A stretch of DNA of 64,000 bases. It comes from Verrucomicrobium sp. (GTDB taxonomy: Bacteria > Verrucomicrobiota > Verrucomicrobiia > Methylacidiphilales > GAS474). This document shows positions 40,731 through 50,696 of the stretch, in pieces. The notes below the pieces were generated by a model that saw only the letters and a list, made by a program, of their open reading frames with translations, had not been told where the DNA came from and did no database searches. Position 1 is the first letter of the stretch. Each line of letters starts with the position of its first letter. The position numbers were made by a program, and so were the translations under genes. Location of the stretch: NCBI GenBank assembly GCA_028283855.1, contig JAPWJX010000004.1:161394-225393 (forward strand). Reading direction: 5' to 3'.

Positions 40731-41414
40731 TTACGCCTCCGGCGGGCGGGTGCAAGAGCCTAAGGCGAGGAGGTCTGGGACTTCCAGCACCCGCTTCGGC
40801 GCGCCCTCCCGGGCGGCGCGGATCATGGCCCGGCCCAGCTCCTCGGTGGTGATGACGGCGTTGGGATAGAGGCGCCTGGCCAGGGGGTAGAGGGGCTTGA
40901 AGAAGGGGAGAAGGGCGTTGTAGAGGGGCGTCTACGACCGCTCCCCGTGGGCCGGGTGGATGTAGCCGGGCCGGACCATAAAGGCGCGGGGGAAGAGGCG
41001 CAGCAGGGCATTCTCCGTCTCCCCCTTCACGCGGGCCCACATGGAGCGGCCTTTCTCCGTGCCGTCGGTGTGGGCGCCGGAGACGTAGAGGAAGGCCAGG
41101 CCGGGATTGCGCTCCGCCAGCACGCGGGCGGCGGCCAGGGTCAGATCGCGGGTGACGCGGCGGTAGTCGGCCTCCTTCATCCCGGCGGAGGAGACGCCCA
41201 GGCAGAAGAGGCAGGCGTCAAAACCGTTCAGGGCGTCGGCCACGCCGGAGAAATCGTAGAAATCGGGAGGCACCAGCGAGCGGAGTTTGGGGTCCCGCTG
41301 GGCGGGAACGCTCCGGCCGACGGCGAGCACCTCCGTGACGCCGGGATCGCGGAGGCATTCCCGCAAGACCCCCTGGCCGACCATTCCGGTCGCTCCGAAA
41401 AGAATAATCTTCAT
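40731..41414 (-). pseudogene. NAD(P)-binding Rossmann / epimerase-like protein interrupted by an in-frame TAG at 40932-40934
   Basis: ILFGATGMVG, CLFCLG, W.RVKGE.EN, RPG.I.P.HG.RS*TPLY; the same frame continues 66 codons (...TTEELGRAMI...) to TAA 40731. Confidence 0.8.
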
Positions 41415-41530
41415 ATATCTTAATATTAAGGACGCTACGATTGACCTTGACGGTGCCCCCCGGCAATCTGTACAACCCGCGGACTGCCTTTGTGCAGATG
41501 ATTTATACTCAAGCTCTTTAACCATTTTCT

Positions 41531-42562
<1,032 letters not shown>

Positions 42563-42631
42563 ACGTGCGGTAAGCGGCTTTCCCAAGCCTCCCTTCCTCC
42601 CGTTTCGGAATTCCCTCCACTCCGCGCGGTC

Positions 42632-43460
42632 ATGCACCAGCGCCTGAACGTCCTCCTGCCTGCGGCGGTGGCGCTGCTCATCGCCGTCGTCCTGGTTCTG
42701 CCGCAGAACTGGAAGACGGAGCTGCGCGGCCTGCTGCTGGACGTCTTCTCCCCGGCCATCCGGCTTTACGACCGGGAACGCCACTTCTACGAGCAGGTGC
42801 GCGGCGGCTTCACCTCCCTGGACCACGCGCAGAAGGAAGCGGCGCGCCTGCGGCAGGAGAACGCCGCCCTCCTGACGGAGAACAACGTCCTGCGCGACCT
42901 GCGCGCGGAGAACGGCCGCCTGCGGGAGATGCTCGGCTTCAAGAAGGGCTCGCAATACTCCCTCCTGGCCTGCCGCGTGGTGAGCCGCGATCCCTCCAAC
43001 TGGTGGAACACCGTCATCGTCAACCGCGGCTGGACGGACAACGAGCGCCTCACCTCCGACCTGCCCGTGGTCACCCCGCGCGGCGTGGTGGGGTAAGACC
43101 GGCCTGGTTTCCCGCAACGTGACGGAGGTGATCCTGATGATCAACCAGAACTGCAAGATCTCCGCCACGGTGGAAAATTCCCACAACCAGGGCGTCGTCG
43201 TGGGCATGGGCGCCCCGGCGGAAGGCAGCCCGCGCGTGCGCATGGACTTCCTGCCGCGCAGCGCGCAGCTGGCCATCGGGGAGCGCGTCTTTACCAGCGG
43301 CCTGGGCGGGGTGTTCCCGCCGGGCCTGTTCCTAGGCACCATCATCGAGGCCCCGCCGCTCAACGCGGGGCGCAACTTCGGACTCTACCGGGAGGCGGTC
43401 ATCGACCCCGCGCTCGACCTCACCTCCCTGGACGAGCTCTTCATCATCCTGCCGAACTAG
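42632..43460 (+). pseudogene. mreC: rod shape-determining protein MreC, split by an apparent +1 frameshift at G-run 43090-43093
   Basis: ORF 42632..43096 (TM, coiled coil, ...VVTPRGVVG*) and ORF 43119..43460 (..GE.VFTSGLGGVFP.GL..G) join as VVGKTGLVSRNVTEV if one G is removed. Confidence 0.85.
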
Positions 43461-43482
43461 GCCGGGCACGGAAAGGCTCCCC

Positions 43483-43986
43483 ATGTTGCTCTTACTCTTC
43501 CTCTGCGGGGCGGGGGCCATCCTTCTTCAGATGATCGTGCCGAAGCTCCCCTTGGTGGAGATCCACCCCTTCCTCGTCGCCCTGCCGGTCCTCTACGCCG
43601 CCATGCGGCTGAAGGGAGGCGGCCCCCTGGCGCTGGCGCTGGGCCTCGGCCTCGTCATCGACCTTCTCTCCCCGCAGAAGCTGGGAACGGGCGGCTTCGT
43701 CCTCTGCCTGGTCGTCGGCATCGCCTGGAGCCAGCGGGAGAACCTGCCCTTCGACCACTGGGGCTCGGTCGCCTTCCTGGCGCTGGTGGCCACCTTCGGC
43801 GCGCTCATCGCCGACTACGCCCTCTTCTGCTGGGAGTCGGGCACGCGGGACTGGCGCTTCATCCTCTGGGTCCGCCTGGCCTGGGTGGCGGTGCTCAACG
43901 CCGTCTTGGCCGTGCCCTTCTTCGTCCTGTGCGACCTTTTCCTGAGCCTGCGCCGGAGAGGCGACGAGGAGGACTATGCTCTTTGA
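43483..43986 (+). CDS. mreD: rod shape-determining protein MreD
   Basis: Fully hydrophobic 167 aa protein between mreC and PBP2; GLVIDLLS pattern. Confidence 0.8.
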   Translation: MLLLLFLCGAGAILLQMIVPKLPLVEIHPFLVALPVLYAAMRLKGGGPLALALGLGLVIDLLSPQKLGTGGFVLCLVVGIAWSQRENLPFDHWGSVAFLALVATFGALIADYALFCWESGTRDWRFILWVRLAWVAVLNAVLAVPFFVLCDLFLSLRRRGDEEDYAL

Positions 43987-45922
43987 GCCGTTCTCCGTTC
44001 CCCGGAGCCGCTTCTACGTCCTGGCCATCCTTTGCGTGGCGGGGACGATGACGCTCCTCGTCCGCCTCTGGAACGTGCAGGTCTCCCACGGCCAATCCTA
44101 TACGGACCGCCTGCGGGACCAGACCACGGTGGCCGTCCGCCTCTCCCCGGCGCGCGGCGCCATCCTGGACCGCAACGGCGTTCCCCTGGCGGAGAACCGC
44201 GCCAGCTTCGACATCGATTTCTACCTGGACGAGCTGGTCCGCAACTACTCCCAGGAGCACCGGGGCCGCCTGCCGCGCATCGAGATCACGCGCAAGACGG
44301 GGAAGAAGACCACGGTCCGCCGGGAGGTCGACATCTGCAAGATCGTCCGCAACTACCTGGAGCCGATCTCCCGCAGCCTCGGCTTCCCCATCCAGCTGGA
44401 CGAGGCGGCCCTCCGCCGCCACTACGCCCAGTCCCCCACCGTCCCGTTCCCCTACAAGACGGACCTCAACTTCACCACCCTCTCCCAGTTTTCCGAGCGC
44501 AACCTGGGCGTGCCCGGTATCCAGATCGCCGTGCGCCCCGTGCGCCATTACGACTACGGCGCCTTCGCCTCCCACATCCTCGGCTACGTGGGGGACGTGG
44601 AGGAGGTCGACGGGACGCCGCAGGACGGCCAGCCGGAGAGCGTCGGCAAGCACGGCGTGGAGAAAGTCTACGACGCCCAGCTCCAGGGCCAGCCCGGCGG
44701 GCGCATCCTGCAGATCAACTACCGCGGCTACATCGAGAAGGAGGAAGGCTTCACCCCGCCGGTCATGGGCAAGTCGCTCAACCTGACCCTCGACGCCCGC
44801 GTCCAATACATCGTCGAGCAGGCGCTGCGCCGCCAGGGGCGCGCCGCCGCCGTCGTCATGGACCCGTGGACCGGGGACATCCTGGCCATGGCCTCCGTGC
44901 CCAGCTTCGATCCCAACGACTTCATCCCCCGCATCACCACGGAGAAGTGGAAGACCCTCCGCAACGATCCCACCACGCCGCTCCTCAATCGCGCCGTCTC
45001 CGCCTACGCCCCGGGCTCCACCTTCAAGGTCCTGGTCAGCATGGCCGCGCTGGAGAAGGGGACCATCACGCCGAACACCGTCCTTTTCTGCCCGGCGGTC
45101 TACGTCGTCGACGGCCACCCGTTCCACGACGACGTCGATTACGACCGCGGCAACATCACCCTGCACGACGCGCTGCGCGTCTCCTGCGACACCTACTTTT
45201 ACCAGGTCGGCATCCGCACCGGCATCGACCAGATCCACGACGTGGCCATAGGCCAGGCCGGCCTGGGCGAGCCGACCGGCTTCCCCCTGCCGGAGGACAA
45301 GGGCCTCATCCCCGATCCGGCCTGGCTGAAGGCGACGTATCCCAAGGAACGCTGGACCCAGGCCTATACGGCCAACGTCTCCATCGGCCAGGGCGCGGTG
45401 CTGGCCTCCCCCCTGCAGATGGCCTCCTTCATGTGCGCGGTGGCCAACGGCGGCACCCTTTATTATCCGCGCCTCATCAAGGGCGTGACCGACGGCGACG
45501 GGGCGGAAGTCATCTCCGTTCCCACCCGCGTCCACCACATGCTCGACGTCCGCCCCTCCGACCTGGCCGCCATCCGCCAGGGCCTCGTGGAAGTCGTCAA
45601 GGCGGGCACCGCCACCACCGTCCAGCTGCCGGACGTCACCGTGGCGGGAAAGACCGGCACCGCCCAGTTCAACCAGCGGCTCAACGGCTCCCTGGTGAAG
45701 GACCTCCGCACCTGGTTCTACTGCTACGCCCCCTTCGAGCAGCCGCGCTACGTCGTCTGCGTCATGGTGGAAGGCGGCGTCGCCGGCGGCGTCACCGCCG
45801 GCCCGATCGTGCACGACATTCTCCAGGCCCTCTTCACCATGGATAAGACGGGCAAGGCCCCCACGCTCACCTACCTGACCCCGGCCATCGGCAACTTCAG
45901 CGGCGTCTCCCAATACCGATGA
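43976..45922 (+). CDS. mrdA: penicillin-binding protein 2
   Basis: ARGAILDRNG, APGSTFK (SxxK), SCD (SxN variant), AGKTGTAQ. Confidence 0.93.
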   Translation: MLFEPFSVPRSRFYVLAILCVAGTMTLLVRLWNVQVSHGQSYTDRLRDQTTVAVRLSPARGAILDRNGVPLAENRASFDIDFYLDELVRNYSQEHRGRLPRIEITRKTGKKTTVRREVDICKIVRNYLEPISRSLGFPIQLDEAALRRHYAQSPTVPFPYKTDLNFTTLSQFSERNLGVPGIQIAVRPVRHYDYGAFASHILGYVGDVEEVDGTPQDGQPESVGKHGVEKVYDAQLQGQPGGRILQINYRGYIEKEEGFTPPVMGKSLNLTLDARVQYIVEQALRRQGRAAAVVMDPWTGDILAMASVPSFDPNDFIPRITTEKWKTLRNDPTTPLLNRAVSAYAPGSTFKVLVSMAALEKGTITPNTVLFCPAVYVVDGHPFHDDVDYDRGNITLHDALRVSCDTYFYQVGIRTGIDQIHDVAIGQAGLGEPTGFPLPEDKGLIPDPAWLKATYPKERWTQAYTANVSIGQGAVLASPLQMASFMCAVANGGTLYYPRLIKGVTDGDGAEVISVPTRVHHMLDVRPSDLAAIRQGLVEVVKAGTATTVQLPDVTVAGKTGTAQFNQRLNGSLVKDLRTWFYCYAPFEQPRYVVCVMVEGGVAGGVTAGPIVHDILQALFTMDKTGKAPTLTYLTPAIGNFSGVSQYR

Positions 45923-47055
45923 GAACCCTCCTCCTCAAGCTGGGCCGCCTCCACTGGCCCCTCCTCTTCCTCACCCTGGCCCTTTGCGTCGCCAGCGTCT
46001 TCTTCGTCTACAGCGCCACCTATTTTTCCGAGGGGAACGAATTCCACAACGCCTGGCTCTCCCAGATCTTTTGGCTCGGCGTCGGGCTGGGGGTCTTCTT
46101 CGTCATCGCCCTGGTCGACTACCATTTCTGGATCGAGCAGGGGCCGCTCTTCTTCGCCGGGGTCTTCGCCCTTCTCCTGGCCGTGCTGGCCATCGGCATC
46201 CGCGTCTACGGGGCCAAGCGGTGGATCAGCCTCGGTCCCATCGGCCTCCAGCCCTCGGAGCTGGAGAAGCTCTCCTTCATCCTCATGCTCGCCTGGCTCC
46301 TCTGCCGCGTGCGGGAACGGGGCTTCAAGCTCTGCCTGCTCGTCGGCGGCCTCATCATGCTCCCGGCGGGGCTCATCCTCCTCCAGCCGGACCTCGGCTC
46401 GGCCTCCGTCCTCTTCCCCGTCGCCCTGGCCATGCTCTACGTGGCGGGGCTCAAGAAGCGCTACCTCCTCCTGCCGCTCCTGGCCGTCGTGGCGGTGGTG
46501 CTCTACACCTACATCGGCGTGCACAAGCTGGGCTGGACCATCCCGGGCCTAAAGCCCTACCAGATGGCGCGCATCCGCACCTTCTACGATCCCAGCCTTG
46601 ATCCCCTTAACCGCGGCTGGACGATCAACCAGTCCCTCATCGCCATCGGCTCCGGCGGGTTCGAGGGGAAGGGCTACCTGAAGGGGACCCAGAACATGCT
46701 CGGCTTCCTGCCCCGGAACATCTCCTACACCGATTTCATCTTCGCCGTCGTCGGGGAGGACTGGGGCTTCCGCGGCGCCGGGCTGGTCATCGCGGCCCTT
46801 TCCGCGCTCATCCTCCTTTCCGTCCACGTCGCCCACGAGGCGGAGGACAACGCCGGGGCCCTCCTGGCCACCGGCGTCGCCGCCATGCTCTTCACCCACT
46901 TTTTCGTGAACGTGGGCATGACCATCAAGGTCGTGCCCATCACCGGTATCCCACTGCCCTTCATCAGCTATGGAGGCACCTTCATGGTCATTTGCCTGGC
47001 TTCGGTCGGCATGGTGCAGAGCGTCTGGATCCACCGGCGGATGCGTTCCGATTAA
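45919..47055 (+). CDS. rodA: rod shape-determining protein RodA (SEDS family)
   Basis: GAKRWI, QPSE..K, QPDLGSA, TDFIFAV.GE..G, GIPLPFISYGG. Confidence 0.94.
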   Translation: MRTLLLKLGRLHWPLLFLTLALCVASVFFVYSATYFSEGNEFHNAWLSQIFWLGVGLGVFFVIALVDYHFWIEQGPLFFAGVFALLLAVLAIGIRVYGAKRWISLGPIGLQPSELEKLSFILMLAWLLCRVRERGFKLCLLVGGLIMLPAGLILLQPDLGSASVLFPVALAMLYVAGLKKRYLLLPLLAVVAVVLYTYIGVHKLGWTIPGLKPYQMARIRTFYDPSLDPLNRGWTINQSLIAIGSGGFEGKGYLKGTQNMLGFLPRNISYTDFIFAVVGEDWGFRGAGLVIAALSALILLSVHVAHEAEDNAGALLATGVAAMLFTHFFVNVGMTIKVVPITGIPLPFISYGGTFMVICLASVGMVQSVWIHRRMRSD

Positions 47056-47079
47056 CCCGCACACACAAAGGAAAACCCC

Positions 47080-48768
47080 ATGATCCTCGGAAAACTTCGC
47101 GACATGCTCGGCATCAAGAAACAGGGTGACGAGAAGGAGATCATCATCAGCTGCGAGCGCCTGGAGCGCCGCGTCGCCCTCCTGGAGGGGGGCCGCCTGG
47201 AGGAATTCGCCATCGAGCGCGACGGCGACCGCCAGATCTCCGGCAACATCTACAAGGGCCGCGTCCGCAACCTGGAGTCCGGCCTCAAGGCCATGTTCGT
47301 CGACATCGGCATCGACAAGAACGCCTTCCTCCACTACTGGGACGCCATTCCGGCGGCCCTCGACTCCAGCGTCGAGACCATCGAGCGCGGCGGCAAGAAG
47401 GCCAAGCAGCAGCAGAAGCAGAAAAAGCGCCGCATCACCGCCGACGACATCCCGAAGCTCTACCCGCCCGGCTCCGACGTCATTGTCCAGGTGACCAAGG
47501 GCCCCATCGGCACCAAGGGCCCCCGCATCACCACCAACATCAGCCTGGCCGGGCGCTACCTGGTCCTCATGCCCTTCACCGACCAGTTCGGCATCTCCCG
47601 CAAGATCGAGAGCCAGAAGGAGCGCCAGCGCCTGCGCAAGATCCTGGAGGAGCTCGACGTGCCGGAGGGCATGGGCGTCATCATCCGCACCGTGGGGGAG
47701 GGGCAGCGCTCCCGCTTCTTCGTGCGGGACCTGGCCGTCCTCCTGGACCAGTGGAAGCGCGTCGACCAGAAGCTGCAGAGCGCCCAGGCGCCCGCCCTCC
47801 TCCTGGCGGAGCCCGACCTGATCGAGCGCACCGTGCGCGACTTCCTGACCGACGAGATCGACCGCATCGTCGTCGACAACCAGGACGCCGCCACCCGGAT
47901 CGGGGAGCTGATCGGGCCCATCTCCAAGCGCTCCCAGCGGAAGGTCCGCTACTACAACGAGCCGACGCCCATCTTCGAGCGCTTCAACGTCGACAAGCAG
48001 ATCGACGGCGCCTTCCGCCGCCAGGTCTGGCTGCCGTGCGGCGGCTACCTGGTCATCGACGAGACGGAGGCCCTGGTGGCCATCGACGTCAACACCGGCC
48101 GCAACAAGGGCACCGGCGGGAAGGGGGACCAGGCCAAGACCATCCTCCAGACCAACCTGGAGGCGGCGGAGGAAGTCGCCCGCCAGCTCCGCCTGCGGAA
48201 CATCGGCGGCCTGGTCATCATCGACTTCATCGACATGAAGGACCGGCGCGACCAGCAGGCCGTCACCGCCAAGCTCAAGGAGCACGTCCGCCGGGACAAG
48301 GCCAAGACCAACATCCTGCCCATCTCCAGCCTGGGCCTTTTGGAGATGACCCGCCAGCGCGTGCAGGAGAGCATCAGCCGCTCCCTCTACATCGAGTGCC
48401 CGCACTGCAGCGGCCGGGGCCTCATCAAAAGCCCGGAAACCATGAGCGTGGAGATCCAGCGCGCCATCATCCGCACCCTGCGCCTCCAGCCGGACGTGCA
48501 CGAACTGCGCATCCACGTTCCGCTCTCCGTCATGGAGCGGCTGAAGAACGAGGACGAGCAGCTCCTCATCGAGCTGGAGCGCCGCTTCCAGGGCCGCCTG
48601 ACCTTCCGCCCGGACCCGAAGCTGCCGCAGGACCAGTTCAAGCTGGTCAACGCCGCCACGGAGGAGGAAATCGGCCAGAAGCCGGAGCCCGCCCCCACCC
48701 AGGCGGAGCGCGGCCAGCGCCGCGACCGGCGCGAGCGCCGCGGCCGCGAAGAGCGCGAGGAAGAGTAG
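47080..48768 (+). CDS. Rne/Rng family ribonuclease
   Basis: GNIYKGRV, AMFVDIG, VQVTK.PIG.KGPR, IDETEALVAIDVNTG, IDFIDM, CPHC.G.G. Confidence 0.93.
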   Translation: MILGKLRDMLGIKKQGDEKEIIISCERLERRVALLEGGRLEEFAIERDGDRQISGNIYKGRVRNLESGLKAMFVDIGIDKNAFLHYWDAIPAALDSSVETIERGGKKAKQQQKQKKRRITADDIPKLYPPGSDVIVQVTKGPIGTKGPRITTNISLAGRYLVLMPFTDQFGISRKIESQKERQRLRKILEELDVPEGMGVIIRTVGEGQRSRFFVRDLAVLLDQWKRVDQKLQSAQAPALLLAEPDLIERTVRDFLTDEIDRIVVDNQDAATRIGELIGPISKRSQRKVRYYNEPTPIFERFNVDKQIDGAFRRQVWLPCGGYLVIDETEALVAIDVNTGRNKGTGGKGDQAKTILQTNLEAAEEVARQLRLRNIGGLVIIDFIDMKDRRDQQAVTAKLKEHVRRDKAKTNILPISSLGLLEMTRQRVQESISRSLYIECPHCSGRGLIKSPETMSVEIQRAIIRTLRLQPDVHELRIHVPLSVMERLKNEDEQLLIELERRFQGRLTFRPDPKLPQDQFKLVNAATEEEIGQKPEPAPTQAERGQRRDRRERRGREEREEE

Positions 48769-48777
48769 GCGGCGCTC

Positions 48778-50028
48778 ATGGCCTGGCCCCTGGAACTGGC
48801 CGTCGCGCTGCGCTACCTGCGCCCGCGGCGGACCTTTGTCTCCGTCATCACCGTCCTCTCCGTCCTGGGGGTGACGCTGGCGGTGATGGTCCTCATCGTC
48901 GTCCTCTCCGTCATGGCGGGGTTCGAGAAGGAGCTGCAGCAGAAGATCATCGGCTTCAACGCCCACCTGATCGTCCGCAACGGCGGCATCATCGACAAGG
49001 AGCGGGACGTCCTCTCCCTCCTGCGGAAGGAGCCGGGCGTCCTGGGGGCGGCCCCCTTCGTCTCCGGGCCCGTTTTCGCCAAGTGCGGCGGGCGCGTTTC
49101 CGCGCCCATCCTGCGCGGAATCGATCCGGAGGCGGAGGAGACCGTCCTCCCCCTGCGGCGCTACCTGGCCTCCGGCGACTTCGAGCTGCGCGGGGATACC
49201 GTCCTCGTCGGCTCCCAGTGGGCGCGGCAGAATCACGCCTGGGTGGGGGACAAGGTCCTCATCTACGGCCCGCGCCAATTGCAGAGCCTGGAGGCGGCGC
49301 GGGATCCGCACCAGGCCGTCATCCTCCCCACGGAGCTGCTCATCACCGGCATCTTCGAGACCGGCCTCTACGAGTACGACCTGAACTTCCTCATCGTTTC
49401 CCTCGAGACGGCGCAATATCTCTACACCCTGCCGGACGGCTCCGTGCACGGCTTCGCCCTCCGCGCGGCCGATCCGATGAAGCTCGACCCCCTGCGCGAC
49501 CGGCTCAACAAGACCCTGCCGAAGCCGCTCTCCGTCTTCACCTGGATGGACCAGAACAAGTCCCTCTTCACCGCCATCGCCACGGAGCGGGTGGCCATGG
49601 CCTTCATCCTTTTCTTCATCATGATCGTGGCCGCCTTCGGCCTCTGCAGCACCCTCATCACCATCACGGTGCAGAAGGCGCGGGAGATCGGCCTGCTCAA
49701 GGCCCTGGGCGCGGCCGACCGGCAGGTGCTGGGCATCTTCGTCGCGCACGGGCTTTTGGTCGGCGTCCTGGGCGCGGTGAGCGGCGTCGGCCTGGCCGCC
49801 GTCGTCCTTTACTACCGCAATCCCTTCCGCGAGTTCCTGGACCGCCGCCTGGGCATCGACGTCTTCGCGCCGGACATCTACAACTTCGCCAGCATTCCGG
49901 CGGAAGTCTCCCTCACGCAGGTCGGCCTCATCGCCCTTTCCGCCGTCGTCGTCTGCGTCCTGGCCGCCCTCATCCCCGCGCAGGCGGCCGCCCGCCTGGA
50001 ACCCGCCAAGGCCCTCCGCTATGAATGA
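48778..50028 (+). CDS. lolE: lipoprotein-releasing ABC transporter permease LolC/E family
   Basis: ALRYL, SVLGV...V..LIVVLSVM.GF, REIGLLKALGA, PA..AA.L.PA.ALRYE. Confidence 0.88.
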   Translation: MAWPLELAVALRYLRPRRTFVSVITVLSVLGVTLAVMVLIVVLSVMAGFEKELQQKIIGFNAHLIVRNGGIIDKERDVLSLLRKEPGVLGAAPFVSGPVFAKCGGRVSAPILRGIDPEAEETVLPLRRYLASGDFELRGDTVLVGSQWARQNHAWVGDKVLIYGPRQLQSLEAARDPHQAVILPTELLITGIFETGLYEYDLNFLIVSLETAQYLYTLPDGSVHGFALRAADPMKLDPLRDRLNKTLPKPLSVFTWMDQNKSLFTAIATERVAMAFILFFIMIVAAFGLCSTLITITVQKAREIGLLKALGAADRQVLGIFVAHGLLVGVLGAVSGVGLAAVVLYYRNPFREFLDRRLGIDVFAPDIYNFASIPAEVSLTQVGLIALSAVVVCVLAALIPAQAAARLEPAKALRYE

Positions 50029-50689
50029 GATGCCCCTGTTGGAATCCCGCGGCCTGGGAAAGAGCTACCGCATGGGCTCCCAGCCGGTCCACGTCCTGCA
50101 GGGGATCGACGCGGCCTTTCCCGAAGGGTCCTTCACCACCATCCAGGGGGCGTCCGGTTCCGGGAAGACCACCTTCCTCCAGGTCCTCGGCACGCTCCAG
50201 CGGCCCGACGCGGGCGGCGTCTATTGGCGCGGCGCCTCGTTGGAAGGGCAGGGGCGCGGCAGGCTGGCCGCCTGGCGGAACAGGCACGTCGGCTTCATCT
50301 TCCAGTCCTACCAGCTCCTGCCGGAATTCTCCGCCTTGGAGAACGTCGACCTGGCCGCCCGCATCGCGGGGCGGGGAGACCTGGAACGGAGCCGGGAGCT
50401 GCTGGCCCGCGTGGGCCTGGCGGAGCGGGCGGAGCACCGCCCGGGGGAACTTTCCGGCGGGGAGCAGCAGCGCGTCGCCATCGCCCGCGCCCTGCGGAAC
50501 GATCCGGACCTGATCCTGGCCGACGAGCCGACCGGCAATCTCGACCGGGAGACGGGCCGCCAGATCATCGAGCTTTTGGAGCGGCTGCACCGGGATTCCG
50601 GGAAGACGCTGATCTTGGTCACCCACGATGACGAGATCGCCGCGCGCGGCGGCCACCGGCTGCGGATGACCGGCGGGCGGCTGATGTGA
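50021..50689 (+). CDS. lolD: lipoprotein-releasing ABC transporter ATP-binding protein
   Basis: [38 protein letters not shown]. Confidence 0.9.
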   Translation: MNEMPLLESRGLGKSYRMGSQPVHVLQGIDAAFPEGSFTTIQGASGSGKTTFLQVLGTLQRPDAGGVYWRGASLEGQGRGRLAAWRNRHVGFIFQSYQLLPEFSALENVDLAARIAGRGDLERSRELLARVGLAERAEHRPGELSGGEQQRVAIARALRNDPDLILADEPTGNLDRETGRQIIELLERLHRDSGKTLILVTHDDEIAARGGHRLRMTGGRLM

Positions 50690-50696
50690 TCCCCGG

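Noticed and set aside
40932-40934. Genetic-code reassignment or pyrrolysine read-through of TAG
   Set aside because: TAG terminates many genes at expected ends (rplT, ileS, nadA, uppS, alkA); no pyl genes seen
41419-41430. Perfect 12-bp palindrome CTTAATATTAAG upstream of the Rossmann gene
   Set aside because: Single occurrence in an AT-rich divergent promoter region with no regulator nearby; possibly an operator but unsupported
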